DNA from: Candidatus Peregrinibacteria bacterium
Lineage (GTDB): Bacteria; Patescibacteriota; Gracilibacteria; UBA1369
Assembly (NCBI GenBank): GCA_963708185.1
Contig: OY970195.1
Span: 1,056,001 to 1,120,000, forward strand
Direction of reading: 5' to 3'
Length of the DNA: 64,000 bases
Shown piece after piece: positions 17,297 through 27,660 of the stretch (positions are counted from its first letter, which is position 1; every line of letters begins with the position of its first letter). A program made the position numbers and the translations under genes. The notes beneath the pieces were generated by a model that had not been told where the DNA came from, made no database searches, and saw nothing but the letters and a program-made list of their open reading frames with translations.

Positions 17297-18822
17297 TCAT
17301 ACGAGCGGTGACGTGGGCTGGACACGGTAGGTGAATGCTTCGAGGATGTCCTCTTTTGCGATGGTTTCGTGACGGTTGAGATCTGCCACGGTACGCGAGA
17401 GTTTGAGGATGTTGTGAAAACTGCGCATCGAAAGTTTCGACCTGTTGGCGTATGAGGTCACAAGTTCTTCGGTCCGTGAATCCATCCGGCAATATTCTTT
17501 GACCTCGCCAGCTTTTATTCCGCTGTTGAGGGAAATCTGTTTTGAACTGAAACGGCTTTGCTGTCTGCGACGGGCTTCCATGACGTTCTTCCGGATCTCT
17601 TCCGAACTTTTTTCCGAAGATGACGATTGGAGCCTGACGGGTTCACGGTGGAGCCTGACAAGAAGATCGAACCGGTCCATGAGCGGTCCGGAAATTTTTT
17701 TGTGGTATTGGGTTATGGCGCCGTTCCCGCACTTGCAGTGTTGTTCTTTACTTCCGTAATATCCGCACGGACAGGGGTTCATTGCCGCGATCAGCGTAAA
17801 ATGCGCCGGAAAGGTCACGCTGTGGTTGAGCCGTGACACGGTGATTTTTCTTGACTCGAGAGGCTGGCGGAGTGATTCGAGGAGCGATCGGCGGGCTTCG
17901 GCGATTTCGTCGAAAAACAGTACGCCGTGATGGGCAAGTGATATTTCACCGGGCTGGGCGTGTGCGCCCCGCCGATAAGCGCCGGGATTGTACAGGTTTG
18001 ATGGATTCTTCGAAACGGGCGTTGCAGAGAAATATTTTGCCGGCTGGCAAGAAGTCCCCCGGCGGAATAAATTTGCAGCACTTCGAGCATTTCGGTCGTG
18101 GTGAGGTGAGGCAAAATTCCCCTGAGGGCCCGGGCCAGTAAAGTTTTCCCAGTGCCCGGCGGACCGAACAGGAGCATATGATGTCCGCCCGCCGCCGCGA
18201 TTTCAAGCGCACGCTTCGCCTGGAGCTGTCCTTGAATCATGTTCATGTCTATCTCAATGTTGTTCCCGGTTTGCCGCGGTCCGAAAGTTCTTTTTGCGTC
18301 CTGAACGGGTTTGAGAGTGCCGTTCCCTCTGCAATGCGATATGATCTGCCCAAGGTTTTTGACGCCGTAGATTTTGGGATAATTCGTCAATGACGCTTCC
18401 AGCATGTTCGCTTCGGGGATAAACAGGTCCATGTTGTGGTTGCGTGCAAAAACAGCCATTGAAAGCGCTCCCCTGACCGGACGTATCTCGCCGTCCAGGG
18501 CGAGCTCGCCGACAATAATCGTTCGCGGCGGGACTTTGATTTGCTTCGACGCTTCGAGCAATCCCAACGCCATTGGGACATCGAAACATGCTCCGTTTTT
18601 CCGCAAATGCGCCGGCGCGAGGTTGATGATCTTTTTTTGTTGCGGATAGTCGGCACCGCTGTTCTTGATCGCGGAACGGATGCGTTCCTTGGCTTCCTGC
18701 ACAGCTGTATCACCGAGGCCCACGATGGACAGGCCCGGAAGCCCGGCGAGAATATCGACCTCCACTTCGATAAGCGAAGCTTCGAGTCCTTCGGTAAAAC
18801 ATGAAAAAATTTTTACGGCCAT
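17297..18822 (-). CDS. comM: YifB/ComM Mg-chelatase-like AAA+ ATPase, split by an apparent 1-nt frameshift near 17956
   Basis: IVGLGDTAVQEAKERIRSA, GPPGTGKT and AAMNPCPCGY motifs. Restoring one base gives the continuous PGEISLAHHGVLFFDE...LRQPLE. Confidence 0.9.
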
Positions 18823-19046
18823 AAGGGTTGTATATTCACTTTTCACTGTATCGAAGCCATCATGAATTTTTCCTCAAAACACTCTAAATTTTTCTCCCGA
18901 AAAAAGACTTGATTTTTCGTTTCCGCAGCCTATAATTTCGCCCAATTTGTAACGATTATTACACACCAGCCTGTGTAATATTCGTGAACATTCGGCGTTA
19001 TACCTTTTGAAACGAATTTTATTTATTAATTTTTAATAGGAAATAT

Positions 19047-21026
19047 ATGACTATGAAGATGTCAGCTCTCGAGCCGAACGAACCTGAACAACAGGCTCAC
19101 AATGCGCCAAAACCACAAGGTGAAGACCACTCACCAAGTGGAGAATACCCGGTCAACGATCAGGAATCATCGAAAATTCAGGTTCCAGTCGATCACGTCC
19201 AGGACGACGATATTGAAGCTTTCAGCAATCGCCCAACCGATCTGCCTCCTCCTCCTTCCAATGAAACAGTCGAGGCGCCTGTTGAATCCGGACGCCAGGT
19301 TATCGCCAAGAAAACAACCGAAATCCTGAAACCGGCCAACGACAACCGACTTCACTCCGATAATCTTGATGAAGCTTTTCAGGCATTTGAGGAACATGCT
19401 CCATACCAAGCCCACATTGATCATGCCGTCCGTGATGCCAAACTTACGGAAGAGGTTGAAATGCATTTCAAGGAACAGGAACGTGCGAAAGCTTATTTTG
19501 AACTCGGAAGAAAAAACCGCGGATTCTTTACGAAGATCGCCGACGCGGCCAGCCATGTCTGGAGCGGCACGACTCCTGAGGAACGCGCCCGCGGCCAAAG
19601 AAACACAGGCGGCATTCGCGGACTGTTCATCAGTGAAGCTCAACGACTGCAGGAACTCATGCAAAAAACGGGGATCTCTTCCGCCCCGACCTCAAAAAAC
19701 GTACAATCTTCAATGGTTGAAGAGGTCAAAAGCGCAGCCTCGAAAGTCGTGGCAGGTGTAGGAGGTTTCTTTAAAAAACTTTTTCCTCCCAGAGCACGCA
19801 AGGCGGTGGCCGCCGGCGCTGTCGTCGTGGGGGCCACGGTTTTGGGAATGTCCGAATGCGGACGCGGAGGTTGTAACGGCAACCATCCGGGTCACGTGGG
19901 ACCTGTCGCATCAGCGACGTCGAGTTCCGATGCAGGAAAGGCTCCAGCTCCAAGCCAGTCGGTCGCTCAAGTTCCTGCTCCGGCACCTTCCGATACAACA
20001 AATGAAGAACCCGAACCTACCCCCAAACCGATTGATCAGGAGCCAAAACACCAGACTTATAAACCTGCTCCAAAACTTGCAAAAATCAGCACACTTCCAA
20101 AAACGAATGTTTATCATCCTCCAAAGATTGTCGAAAAGCCAAAGAAAACCGGGGAACTCAAGGAATGCGCTGACGATACCAAGCTCACTGCGACCACGCT
20201 TGATAAATGTCTCGTCAAAGCTGAGGATGCCGATAAATTACGCAAAGATCTTCTGACCCAGGTTGATGAACAGCAGAAAGTTCTCAACGGCGTTTACGCT
20301 CCTATGAACGGTCCGGCTTTTGTCAGCATGAACCCGTACCGCAAAGACAGTAAACAGCTCGATTTCCTCACCGACGCAGGCAAAAAAGAGCCGGGCCAAT
20401 ACGGTCAAATGATGCCGGTCAATCCGCAGAGCGACGTCAATGCAGCCAATAAAAAAATTGTCGACGAATCGTTGACAAAGGCCAGAGGCCTCATCGCCGC
20501 TGCAAGAACTCCGAAGGATTTCTACACCATCACCGAACTGCTCGGCAACATCGGCATCCGCATCGACTCGCTCATTGCCGACCGCGGTAAACAGATCGCG
20601 GCGAATGTTGACGCGGCCAACGAACTGAACATGAAAGTGGCTAAAGACAAGATCTCCGAAATCGAAAAAAATACCGGAAAAACCATCAATGCCGTTCCTT
20701 TCAGCGAAACCCGCCAGCACGGAACCGTCACCAAATCGACCATCGACATTCCGGTCACCAAGGAACTGCTCAACAGCAATGAAAGTGCGGTTCTCGACAC
20801 TCCGAGAACCGGTGACGATCCTGATAAAATCATCGCTTCCGTCCAGACAAAGCTCGGATATTACCGCAGTCTCCTGGACCTCAACCGAACGCTTGATGAC
20901 GTCCGCGTCCAGCAGCACACCGCCGACGTACGTTTGCGTGAAGCCATGAAGGCCGCTCAAGGAAGCAATGGCGGATCTGTCGGCGCTTCTGCCCGAAAAC
21001 CACGCATGAGTGCTTCTCTCTACTAA
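19047..21026 (+). CDS. Large hypothetical protein (acidic/Pro-rich N-terminus, central TM, helical C-terminus)
   Basis: 659-aa open frame with coding-like codon usage, an upstream TTGATT/TATAAT promoter-like pair and an AGGA element before the start. Confidence 0.75.
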   Translation: MTMKMSALEPNEPEQQAHNAPKPQGEDHSPSGEYPVNDQESSKIQVPVDHVQDDDIEAFSNRPTDLPPPPSNETVEAPVESGRQVIAKKTTEILKPANDNRLHSDNLDEAFQAFEEHAPYQAHIDHAVRDAKLTEEVEMHFKEQERAKAYFELGRKNRGFFTKIADAASHVWSGTTPEERARGQRNTGGIRGLFISEAQRLQELMQKTGISSAPTSKNVQSSMVEEVKSAASKVVAGVGGFFKKLFPPRARKAVAAGAVVVGATVLGMSECGRGGCNGNHPGHVGPVASATSSSDAGKAPAPSQSVAQVPAPAPSDTTNEEPEPTPKPIDQEPKHQTYKPAPKLAKISTLPKTNVYHPPKIVEKPKKTGELKECADDTKLTATTLDKCLVKAEDADKLRKDLLTQVDEQQKVLNGVYAPMNGPAFVSMNPYRKDSKQLDFLTDAGKKEPGQYGQMMPVNPQSDVNAANKKIVDESLTKARGLIAAARTPKDFYTITELLGNIGIRIDSLIADRGKQIAANVDAANELNMKVAKDKISEIEKNTGKTINAVPFSETRQHGTVTKSTIDIPVTKELLNSNESAVLDTPRTGDDPDKIIASVQTKLGYYRSLLDLNRTLDDVRVQQHTADVRLREAMKAAQGSNGGSVGASARKPRMSASLY

Positions 21027-22180
21027 ACACGGGGTGTAACGAACTGAACGAACTGTTCGAGCACCTGACGCAACCTCCCGGCCTCCATGACAAAGCTTAT
21101 CAGCACATGGAGGCCTTTTTCGTAATCGTAAAAATAGCCGGGATGAACGAAGATGCCGGTCTGCTCCATCAGCTCTATCACAAAATCTTCGTCGGAACCG
21201 TGATAGCCATGGATTTGAGCAAAGAGGTAAAGCCCTCCCATTGGTTTGCTGAAGGTGATATGGTCGTTTGTTCCTAAAATTTTCATGGCTATTTTTCTGC
21301 TTTCTTCAAGCCTTTTCCGGTAATCCAGAACGAAGCTGTTTCCTTTCTCCATGATGACGGGCAGCATGGACTGGCTCAGTTGGTTCGCGGCCAGGAATGT
21401 ATCCACCGAAAGTTCGAGTTCATCAAGATAGCGTGGAGCATTGGGGCCGGTGGCGACGATCCAGCCGAGTTTGAGTCCAGGGAGCGCATAGGTTTTGGAT
21501 ATGCCGCTGAGCGTAAAAATATCGACGTCATGTGTTGAGGTCTTTTCCATAGCCGCCACACGCGGAAACTTCTCATCGTCATAGACGAACTCACTGAATA
21601 CTTCGTCGCTGATGACGGCGAGACGGTGTTTTTCCGCCACAAAAAGTACGGCCTCAAGATTTTCTTTCGTCAGGACGCCGCCGGTCGGGTTATTTGGTGA
21701 GATCAAAACAATGGCTCTCGTCTTTTCTGAAATGTTCGATTCCAGGTCTCGGACGTCGACCTGCCAGTTGTTCGAAGCGTCGAGTTGATAATGGCCCAAG
21801 CTTACGTTCGCGATTGCGGCGATGTGGTCAAAAAGCGGATATCCGGGATTGGGAAAAAGGATCTCTCCGTCTTTCCCGCCGAGCAACCGGAACATGTGCA
21901 GATAACTTTCGCTCGTGCCGGAGGTTACAAGAATGTTGTCGGTGTTTATGCGGAATCCGCGCGTTTCATAAAATTTCTTTATGGCTCCTCGCGCTGAAAA
22001 GTCCCCTTTGGGATCGGGGCTGTATTTGGGATTGTTTTGAAAATTTCTGAATCCTTCTTCAAGGATTTCGGGTGGAAAAACCACACCGGATTCACCGGGA
22101 CTTCCGGAAGAAAGATTGATGATCCGCTTGCCCTCTTTTTTGAGTCTGGTGCGCGTTTTTTCGATACGGTTCAACTCCAT
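21023..22180 (-). CDS. PLP-dependent aminotransferase, class I/II
   Basis: TSGTSES, SPNNPTG, ISDEVF and SGISKTYALPGLKLGW motifs. Confidence 0.9.
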   Translation of the reverse strand: MELNRIEKTRTRLKKEGKRIINLSSGSPGESGVVFPPEILEEGFRNFQNNPKYSPDPKGDFSARGAIKKFYETRGFRINTDNILVTSGTSESYLHMFRLLGGKDGEILFPNPGYPLFDHIAAIANVSLGHYQLDASNNWQVDVRDLESNISEKTRAIVLISPNNPTGGVLTKENLEAVLFVAEKHRLAVISDEVFSEFVYDDEKFPRVAAMEKTSTHDVDIFTLSGISKTYALPGLKLGWIVATGPNAPRYLDELELSVDTFLAANQLSQSMLPVIMEKGNSFVLDYRKRLEESRKIAMKILGTNDHITFSKPMGGLYLFAQIHGYHGSDEDFVIELMEQTGIFVHPGYFYDYEKGLHVLISFVMEAGRLRQVLEQFVQFVTPRV

Positions 22181-22181
22181 A

Positions 22182-23364
22182 TTATTCCGCGAAACGCAAT
22201 TGGAAGACTTTGTCGCCCTGGAGGTAGTACAGCGATTTTCCGTCCTGGGAAGCCGTTACTTTCGACGGGAACGGATCCGTGGTGATGATCGTGATGAGCC
22301 TTGCCTGGTTGGCGACGAGTGAAAAATCGACGAAAGAGTACGTCGGCGTAACTTGTGGAGGCGTCGCACCCGCAGCCTCGGCTGCGTTCACCGCAACGCT
22401 GACTTCTACAGTGCTTTGATTTTCTCCGAGCGGAACGAGCTGTCCTTCCAGCGTTTTCATGTCCGCGGTGTCAGGAAGCTTCTGGTTGGTCACGGCGAGA
22501 AGACGGTTGCGATTCACGATAGCCACGTCATCGAGTGGCGTCTTGAGGTCGAGTTGCGTTGTTTTTCCGTCGTCGCCGCGGTAGAGGAAAACCGATTCGG
22601 TGCTGTCGGACTGCGCGCGGGCTGCAAAAAGAAAATCATAGGTCCCGGGTATCCAGCGAAGATCACGGATGAAAGGATAAGTAAAAAGACTTGCCCTGTT
22701 CTGGGCCTGCCGATCGACGAGATAGAGCGTAGACTGATCGGCGCCCTGATCAATGATGGCCACTTTGTTGGCGTCGGACGACGGTATGACGACGTAATGC
22801 TGCAGGTCGCGAAGGAAAGAGGTGACGATCTGGGGTTCGCCCAAGTCGCCGGCGTCGCTGATGGAAGCCAGGTATAGGGTTTGACGATAGTTCTGGGGAT
22901 TACGGACAATATAGCAAACGGCCTTTCCGGAGTCGTTGAAAAACAGCTGCGTCGAAGCACCGATGCCAAGTTTTTCACGCTCGGCTGGGGTGAGCTGCGG
23001 TTGCGGCGGGAATGTTTCGTCGGCGGTTTTATCGGTCTGACCAATGACGGGGATGAAGTCAAAATTTACGGTATCTTCGTAAGGTTTCCCCAGAGGGACC
23101 GTGGCGCTTTCCGTGACGGACTTATAGCCCGTTTTCTCGAATCCGAGGGTGTAATCGCCGGGGGCAACGGTGATGGTGCACTCGTCGGTCGTACAGGTTT
23201 CTGTCCTGCAGCCCCGTGATGTTGACGGTATACGGGGCCGTGGCGTGGATGACAATGGTTCCTCTGTTCAGGAATATTGCCCACACTAAAAAAAGCAATC
23301 CGAGGATGACCGCCCCGATGAGTACTCCGAGCCAGATTTTTCGTTGGACGTCTTCAGCGATCAT
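22182..23364 (-). CDS. PEGA-domain/beta-propeller-like membrane-anchored protein, apparent frameshift near 23206-23215
   Basis: The N-terminal TM segment (MIAEDVQRKIWLGVLIG...) is in one frame and the PEGA-like VAPGDYTLGFEKTGY segment in another. Confidence 0.65.
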
Positions 23365-23743
23365 GATTCGAGAATATTGGGAAAATGTTGGATATAGGCC
23401 GTGCGGGAAGTTCTCTCGTAATAAATATCGATGAGATCGAGCTGCCACGCCGAAGTTCGATAATGGCTTCCAATAAAGGAAAAAATGGCGCGCAGGAGTT
23501 TCTGTTTTTTACGGGGCCGAAAGACTCCGCCCCTCTTCCGAAGTTCTTTCCCGAACGAAGTTTTACTTCAACAATGGTGATTATATCATTTTTTTCCATG
23601 ATGAGGTCCAGTTCGCCTCCGCGGATGTAAAAATTGCTTCTGATGAATTTATATCCTTTTCGCAAAAGGTAGCGAAGGGCTATTTTTTCACCGAAACGAC
23701 CCTTTGACGTGGTATTTTCGACTTGAAAGATTGGATCAATCAT
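23361..23743 (-). CDS. yraN: YraN-family (UPF0102) endonuclease-like protein, apparent frameshift at the A-run 23505-23510
   Basis: GRFGEKIALRYL, GELDLI and VEVKLR motifs. Adding one A gives KKQKLLRAI...WQLDLIDI...IQHFPNILES*. Confidence 0.85.
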
Positions 23744-23933
23744 GACTTATTCATGTTCAATTGATGTTGAAAAGTCGGCAATTTTGCTTTTGATCAGGCA
23801 AAATCCAAGAATAGCGCAAAAAGATGAAAACCTTTTGAAAAAAAACTAAAATTTTGGGAAACTGAAGTTCCCAAGTGACCGGGCATGTCCCGGACTCACT
23901 GACGTTTTGTTCTCCACGTTTTTTCTCTTCAAC

Positions 23934-25307
23934 ATGAGTGACGAACTCTTAAAAGTTCCGCCCCACAGTCTGGATGCCGAGCGTTCGACCCTGGGAAGTC
24001 TTCTGATTGACAAAGACGCCATTACCAAGGTGGCCGATTTTCTCAAACCCGAAGATTTTTATCATGAGAGCCACGCCCGGATCTATCAGGCCATGATCGA
24101 TCTTTTTGAAAAACGTTCACCGATCGACCTGCTCACGCTCACCAGCATTCTCGAGGACAGAAAGCAGCTTGAAGGTATCGGCGGAGCGTCCTACCTTGCC
24201 GCACTGACCAACGAAGTTCCCACGTCGACCCATGTCTTCCAGTACGCGATGATCGTCAAACAGAAGGCGACGCTCCGCCGCATGATCGCAGCGGGAAACG
24301 CCATTGCGGCTCTCGGCTATAACCAGGACGAGCCTATTGAAAACCTTCTCGAAGAGGCCGAAAAAAATCTCTTCGGCGTATCTCAGACGTTTTTGAAGGA
24401 CCGGTTTGTCCATATCAAAGAGATTCTCAACGCGACCTACGACAAGATCACCGAGCTTCACGATCCGGCGACGAAAGATAAATACCGCGGCATCCCCACC
24501 GGATTCCATGATCTGGACAACATGCTTTCCGGATTGCAGCCGGCCGACCTGGTCGTGCTCGCAGCAAGGCCGTCGATGGGAAAAACGGCGTTCGCCCTCA
24601 ATATCGCCCAGAATATCGCCAAAAAAGGTTTTGCCTGTGGTGTCATTTCCCTGGAAATGTCCAAAGAACAACTTGTTGAACGTATGTTCTGCTCTCTGCT
24701 TTCCGTGGATTCGTGGAAGCTTCGCACCGGCAAACTGACGGAAGCGGACTTCATGCGCATCGGGGGCGTCATGGACGAACTTTACGCCATGAAAATTTTC
24801 ATCGATGATTCGGTGGGCAACTCCATCGCCGAACTCCGCGCCAAAGCCCGCCGCCTTCAGATGGAGCACGGACTTGATTTTCTGATTATCGACTATCTCC
24901 AGCTCATGAGCACCGGGCGCGGCGGTATGAACCAGACCAACCGCGTACAGGAAATCTCCGAGATTTCGCGTTCGTTGAAGTCGCTGGCCCGCGAGCTGCG
25001 CATCCCGATTTTGGCTTTGTCCCAGCTTTCCCGCGCCGTGGAGCTTCGTCCAAGCAAGATTCCGCAGCTTTCCGATCTGCGTGAATCGGGTGCCATTGAA
25101 CAAGATGCCGACGTGGTGATGATGATGTACCGTGAAGACTATTACGAAGAAGACAGCCAGCGTCCGGGATTGACCGACATTTTCATCCGCAAACACCGCA
25201 ACGGTCCGACGGGACACATCGAACTCGCCTTCAAGAAGGAACAGATGCGCTTCCTGACCATCGACAAAAAGCGCAACTCCAACGAATTCGCGCAAATGAT
25301 GGAATAA
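23934..25307 (+). CDS. dnaB: Replicative DNA helicase (no intein)
   Basis: PPHSLDAE, AARPSMGKTAFA, IIDYLQLM, LSQLSR, SDLRESGAIEQDAD and KHRNGPTG motifs. Confidence 0.97.
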   Translation: MSDELLKVPPHSLDAERSTLGSLLIDKDAITKVADFLKPEDFYHESHARIYQAMIDLFEKRSPIDLLTLTSILEDRKQLEGIGGASYLAALTNEVPTSTHVFQYAMIVKQKATLRRMIAAGNAIAALGYNQDEPIENLLEEAEKNLFGVSQTFLKDRFVHIKEILNATYDKITELHDPATKDKYRGIPTGFHDLDNMLSGLQPADLVVLAARPSMGKTAFALNIAQNIAKKGFACGVISLEMSKEQLVERMFCSLLSVDSWKLRTGKLTEADFMRIGGVMDELYAMKIFIDDSVGNSIAELRAKARRLQMEHGLDFLIIDYLQLMSTGRGGMNQTNRVQEISEISRSLKSLARELRIPILALSQLSRAVELRPSKIPQLSDLRESGAIEQDADVVMMMYREDYYEEDSQRPGLTDIFIRKHRNGPTGHIELAFKKEQMRFLTIDKKRNSNEFAQMME

Positions 25308-25312
25308 CCGCG

Positions 25313-25852
25313 CTAAAGATTTTTTCGTTTCGAACCGGGGACAATATCGATGAGCGGAAGCGCCGGATCTTCCGGGCTTTTCATCCTGGAATAGCGGCTG
25401 ATTTTCAAAAGCCAGTCCAGGGCCTCTTCAGTACTGCTGCATTGCTGGAGGATTTCAAAAAAACAGGCGTGGATTTCCCTGGCGGTTTTGGGATCCCTGC
25501 TGTTGATGTAGATCGTTCCCCGGTCCTTGAAACTCAAGATGAGCATCTGGTAATGTTCGATCTTTTCGGGTGCGTTGAGATACTTCGGATGTTCTTTGTC
25601 ATTATCTTCCAGGCAGGCTTTCGTGAACATGCGTACTCCGGTTCTCACGCTGGCGATCTCGTGCATGAATTTATGGGTGTCTTCCTCCCATCCCTTCAAC
25701 ATTCCGTAAAATTCCTCGGTCCTGGCTTCGTAGACGCGGCTGCCGTGGAGGTCGGCGTTACGGTCAAGTTCACCCATGACCGTCACATAATCTTCGATCG
25801 TGATTTCGGGGGTTTCAGTTGTGTCTTCCGGAGCTTCGCCCATAAAAAGCAT
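25313..25852 (-). CDS. Hypothetical protein
   Basis: Open frame filling the gap between dnaB and lysK; no recognisable motif. Confidence 0.6.
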   Translation of the reverse strand: MLFMGEAPEDTTETPEITIEDYVTVMGELDRNADLHGSRVYEARTEEFYGMLKGWEEDTHKFMHEIASVRTGVRMFTKACLEDNDKEHPKYLNAPEKIEHYQMLILSFKDRGTIYINSRDPKTAREIHACFFEILQQCSSTEEALDWLLKISRYSRMKSPEDPALPLIDIVPGSKRKNL

Positions 25853-25901
25853 GTTAAGGGGTTTAACATACCGCCAAGAATCGGCTTTGGCAAACTGTTT
25901 T

Positions 25902-27569
25902 TTAGATGTCGAGAAGTTTCAGGACCTTCTCACGATCAACCGCCCAAAGAAAAGTTGAAAGTCGCGGGCCGGTGTCAGCGCCAATAAGGAGGTTATAGAC
26001 GTCCTTGAAAAAGGCTCGTTGGCGCGGACTGTTTTCCTTGTCGGAAAGTGAAGTGTCTTTGGGGATGGAATACACGAGCAGTTCCAGTTCGTGGATGGAT
26101 TCGATTTTTTCTCCGAGCTTCTTGCGAAGTGTGCGGATGTACTCTTTGGCCTGGTCGGACATGGCCGCAAGGTATTCATTGTTCACTTCGTCACGGAGTT
26201 TGATGATCTCCTGCGGATTGTAGGTCTCAAGCCAGTTTTTTGCTTTCTGAAGCCTTATTTCAACGGACTTTTCATCGTAATCCATCTCCACGCCCTTCAG
26301 GAGCTCCATGACTTTGTCGGGCTGCCACTGGACGATCTGTCCGAACGCCACGGCATAACGGAACGGGATCGGATTGGAACACATGGTCTTTTCAATGTCA
26401 TCAAAACTCAGTTCCAGGGCCGCGGTGGAAATCACCGAAAGTTTTCCACCATCCGGGGATCCATGACCTTCCCGGTAGGCTTTGCATTCACGATCGAACT
26501 CTTCGTACTGGCGATTGATTTCACTGTCAAAAGCCAGCTGGAATTTCTGGTGCGGATTTTTGCGGAAGTAGAGCCATTTCAAAAGTTCGGGTTCGTAGAC
26601 TTCCAAAAGATCCGCGGGAGAAACGGCGTTGCCTTTGGAGCCGGACATTTTGGAACCCAGTCCCTGGATGCCGATAAATTCGTATCCCACGAAGACCGGG
26701 CCTTGGCGATTGAAAATCTTCTGCGAAAGGATGCTGGAAGTGTCGTAGCTCCCGCCCGGCGAAGCGTGATCGTGACCGCCGGGTTCGAACGTCACTCCTT
26801 CGGCTTTCCAGCGCATCGGCCAGTCGATTTTCCAGGCAAGCTTGGCGATGTGATCCCTGGAAAGGTCCACCGTTTCGGTTTTTCCCGTGTCCCTGCATTT
26901 GTAGGTGACGCTTGTTTTGCCGTCGTATTCAAGGATTTCAGTGTTATCCTTGCCGGTGAAACGCGAATACAAAGAGATCGGGTAGTACGCGGCGCGATAC
27001 TCTTTTTCGTCGATATTTTTTTCGGCCTTGCCCTTGTCGGACATGAAGCTCAGGAGGGTCCGGGCGATTTCGTCACGACGCTGCAGGCAGTAAAAAATCT
27101 CATCGTCATAGCGACCCGATGTGTACTCTTTTGTCTGATAGCGGTAGTCGAGTTCAATGTTGAGCTCTTTCATGGCGTTTTCAAACTCCACTTCGAAGCG
27201 GCGGGCGTAGGATTCGTCCTTGCCTTCGGGATCGGGGATGGAGGTCAGCGGTTTGCCGACGTGCTCCATGTAGGAGAGGTCGACGCCCGCCGGCACTTTC
27301 CTGAAGCGGTCAAAGTCATCCCATGAAAAGAGTAGACGGGCCTTTTTCCCTTTCTTCTGAAGTGATTTGACGACCGCGAGCGACGTGATGACGTCGCGGA
27401 AATTCCCGAAATGGACCACCCCGGAAGGGCTTATTCCCGCTGCGCACGTATAAAGCTGTTCATCGGGAAACGTTTCGATGACTTTTTCTGCTAGCGTATC
27501 GGCCCAGTATTGATTTACATTATTCAACAGTTTGGCCAGGACTCTTCCGGAAGCGGCATTGCTCTGCAT
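25902..27569 (-). CDS. lysK: Lysine-tRNA ligase, class I
   Basis: WAD, GISPSGVVHFGNFRD, WDDFDRFRKVP, KLAWKIDWPMRW, KMSGSKGN and GPRL motifs. Start position uncertain. Confidence 0.95.
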   Translation of the reverse strand: MQSNAASGRVLAKLLNNVNQYWADTLAEKVIETFPDEQLYTCAAGISPSGVVHFGNFRDVITSLAVVKSLQKKGKKARLLFSWDDFDRFRKVPAGVDLSYMEHVGKPLTSIPDPEGKDESYARRFEVEFENAMKELNIELDYRYQTKEYTSGRYDDEIFYCLQRRDEIARTLLSFMSDKGKAEKNIDEKEYRAAYYPISLYSRFTGKDNTEILEYDGKTSVTYKCRDTGKTETVDLSRDHIAKLAWKIDWPMRWKAEGVTFEPGGHDHASPGGSYDTSSILSQKIFNRQGPVFVGYEFIGIQGLGSKMSGSKGNAVSPADLLEVYEPELLKWLYFRKNPHQKFQLAFDSEINRQYEEFDRECKAYREGHGSPDGGKLSVISTAALELSFDDIEKTMCSNPIPFRYAVAFGQIVQWQPDKVMELLKGVEMDYDEKSVEIRLQKAKNWLETYNPQEIIKLRDEVNNEYLAAMSDQAKEYIRTLRKKLGEKIESIHELELLVYSIPKDTSLSDKENSPRQRAFFKDVYNLLIGADTGPRLSTFLWAVDREKVLKLLDI

Positions 27570-27660
27570 ATTCGTTGTAAAAAGTACCTCTGCATTTATA
27601 TGGAATTTCTTCTTAAAAGTCAAAAGGGTATAATACGCTCACTGTGATCATTACGCGCAT

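Noticed and set aside
24117-25295. Long antisense ORFs over dnaB (also over lysK, DUF881 and aroB)
   Set aside because: Shadow frames of well-conserved genes, with no motifs of their own.
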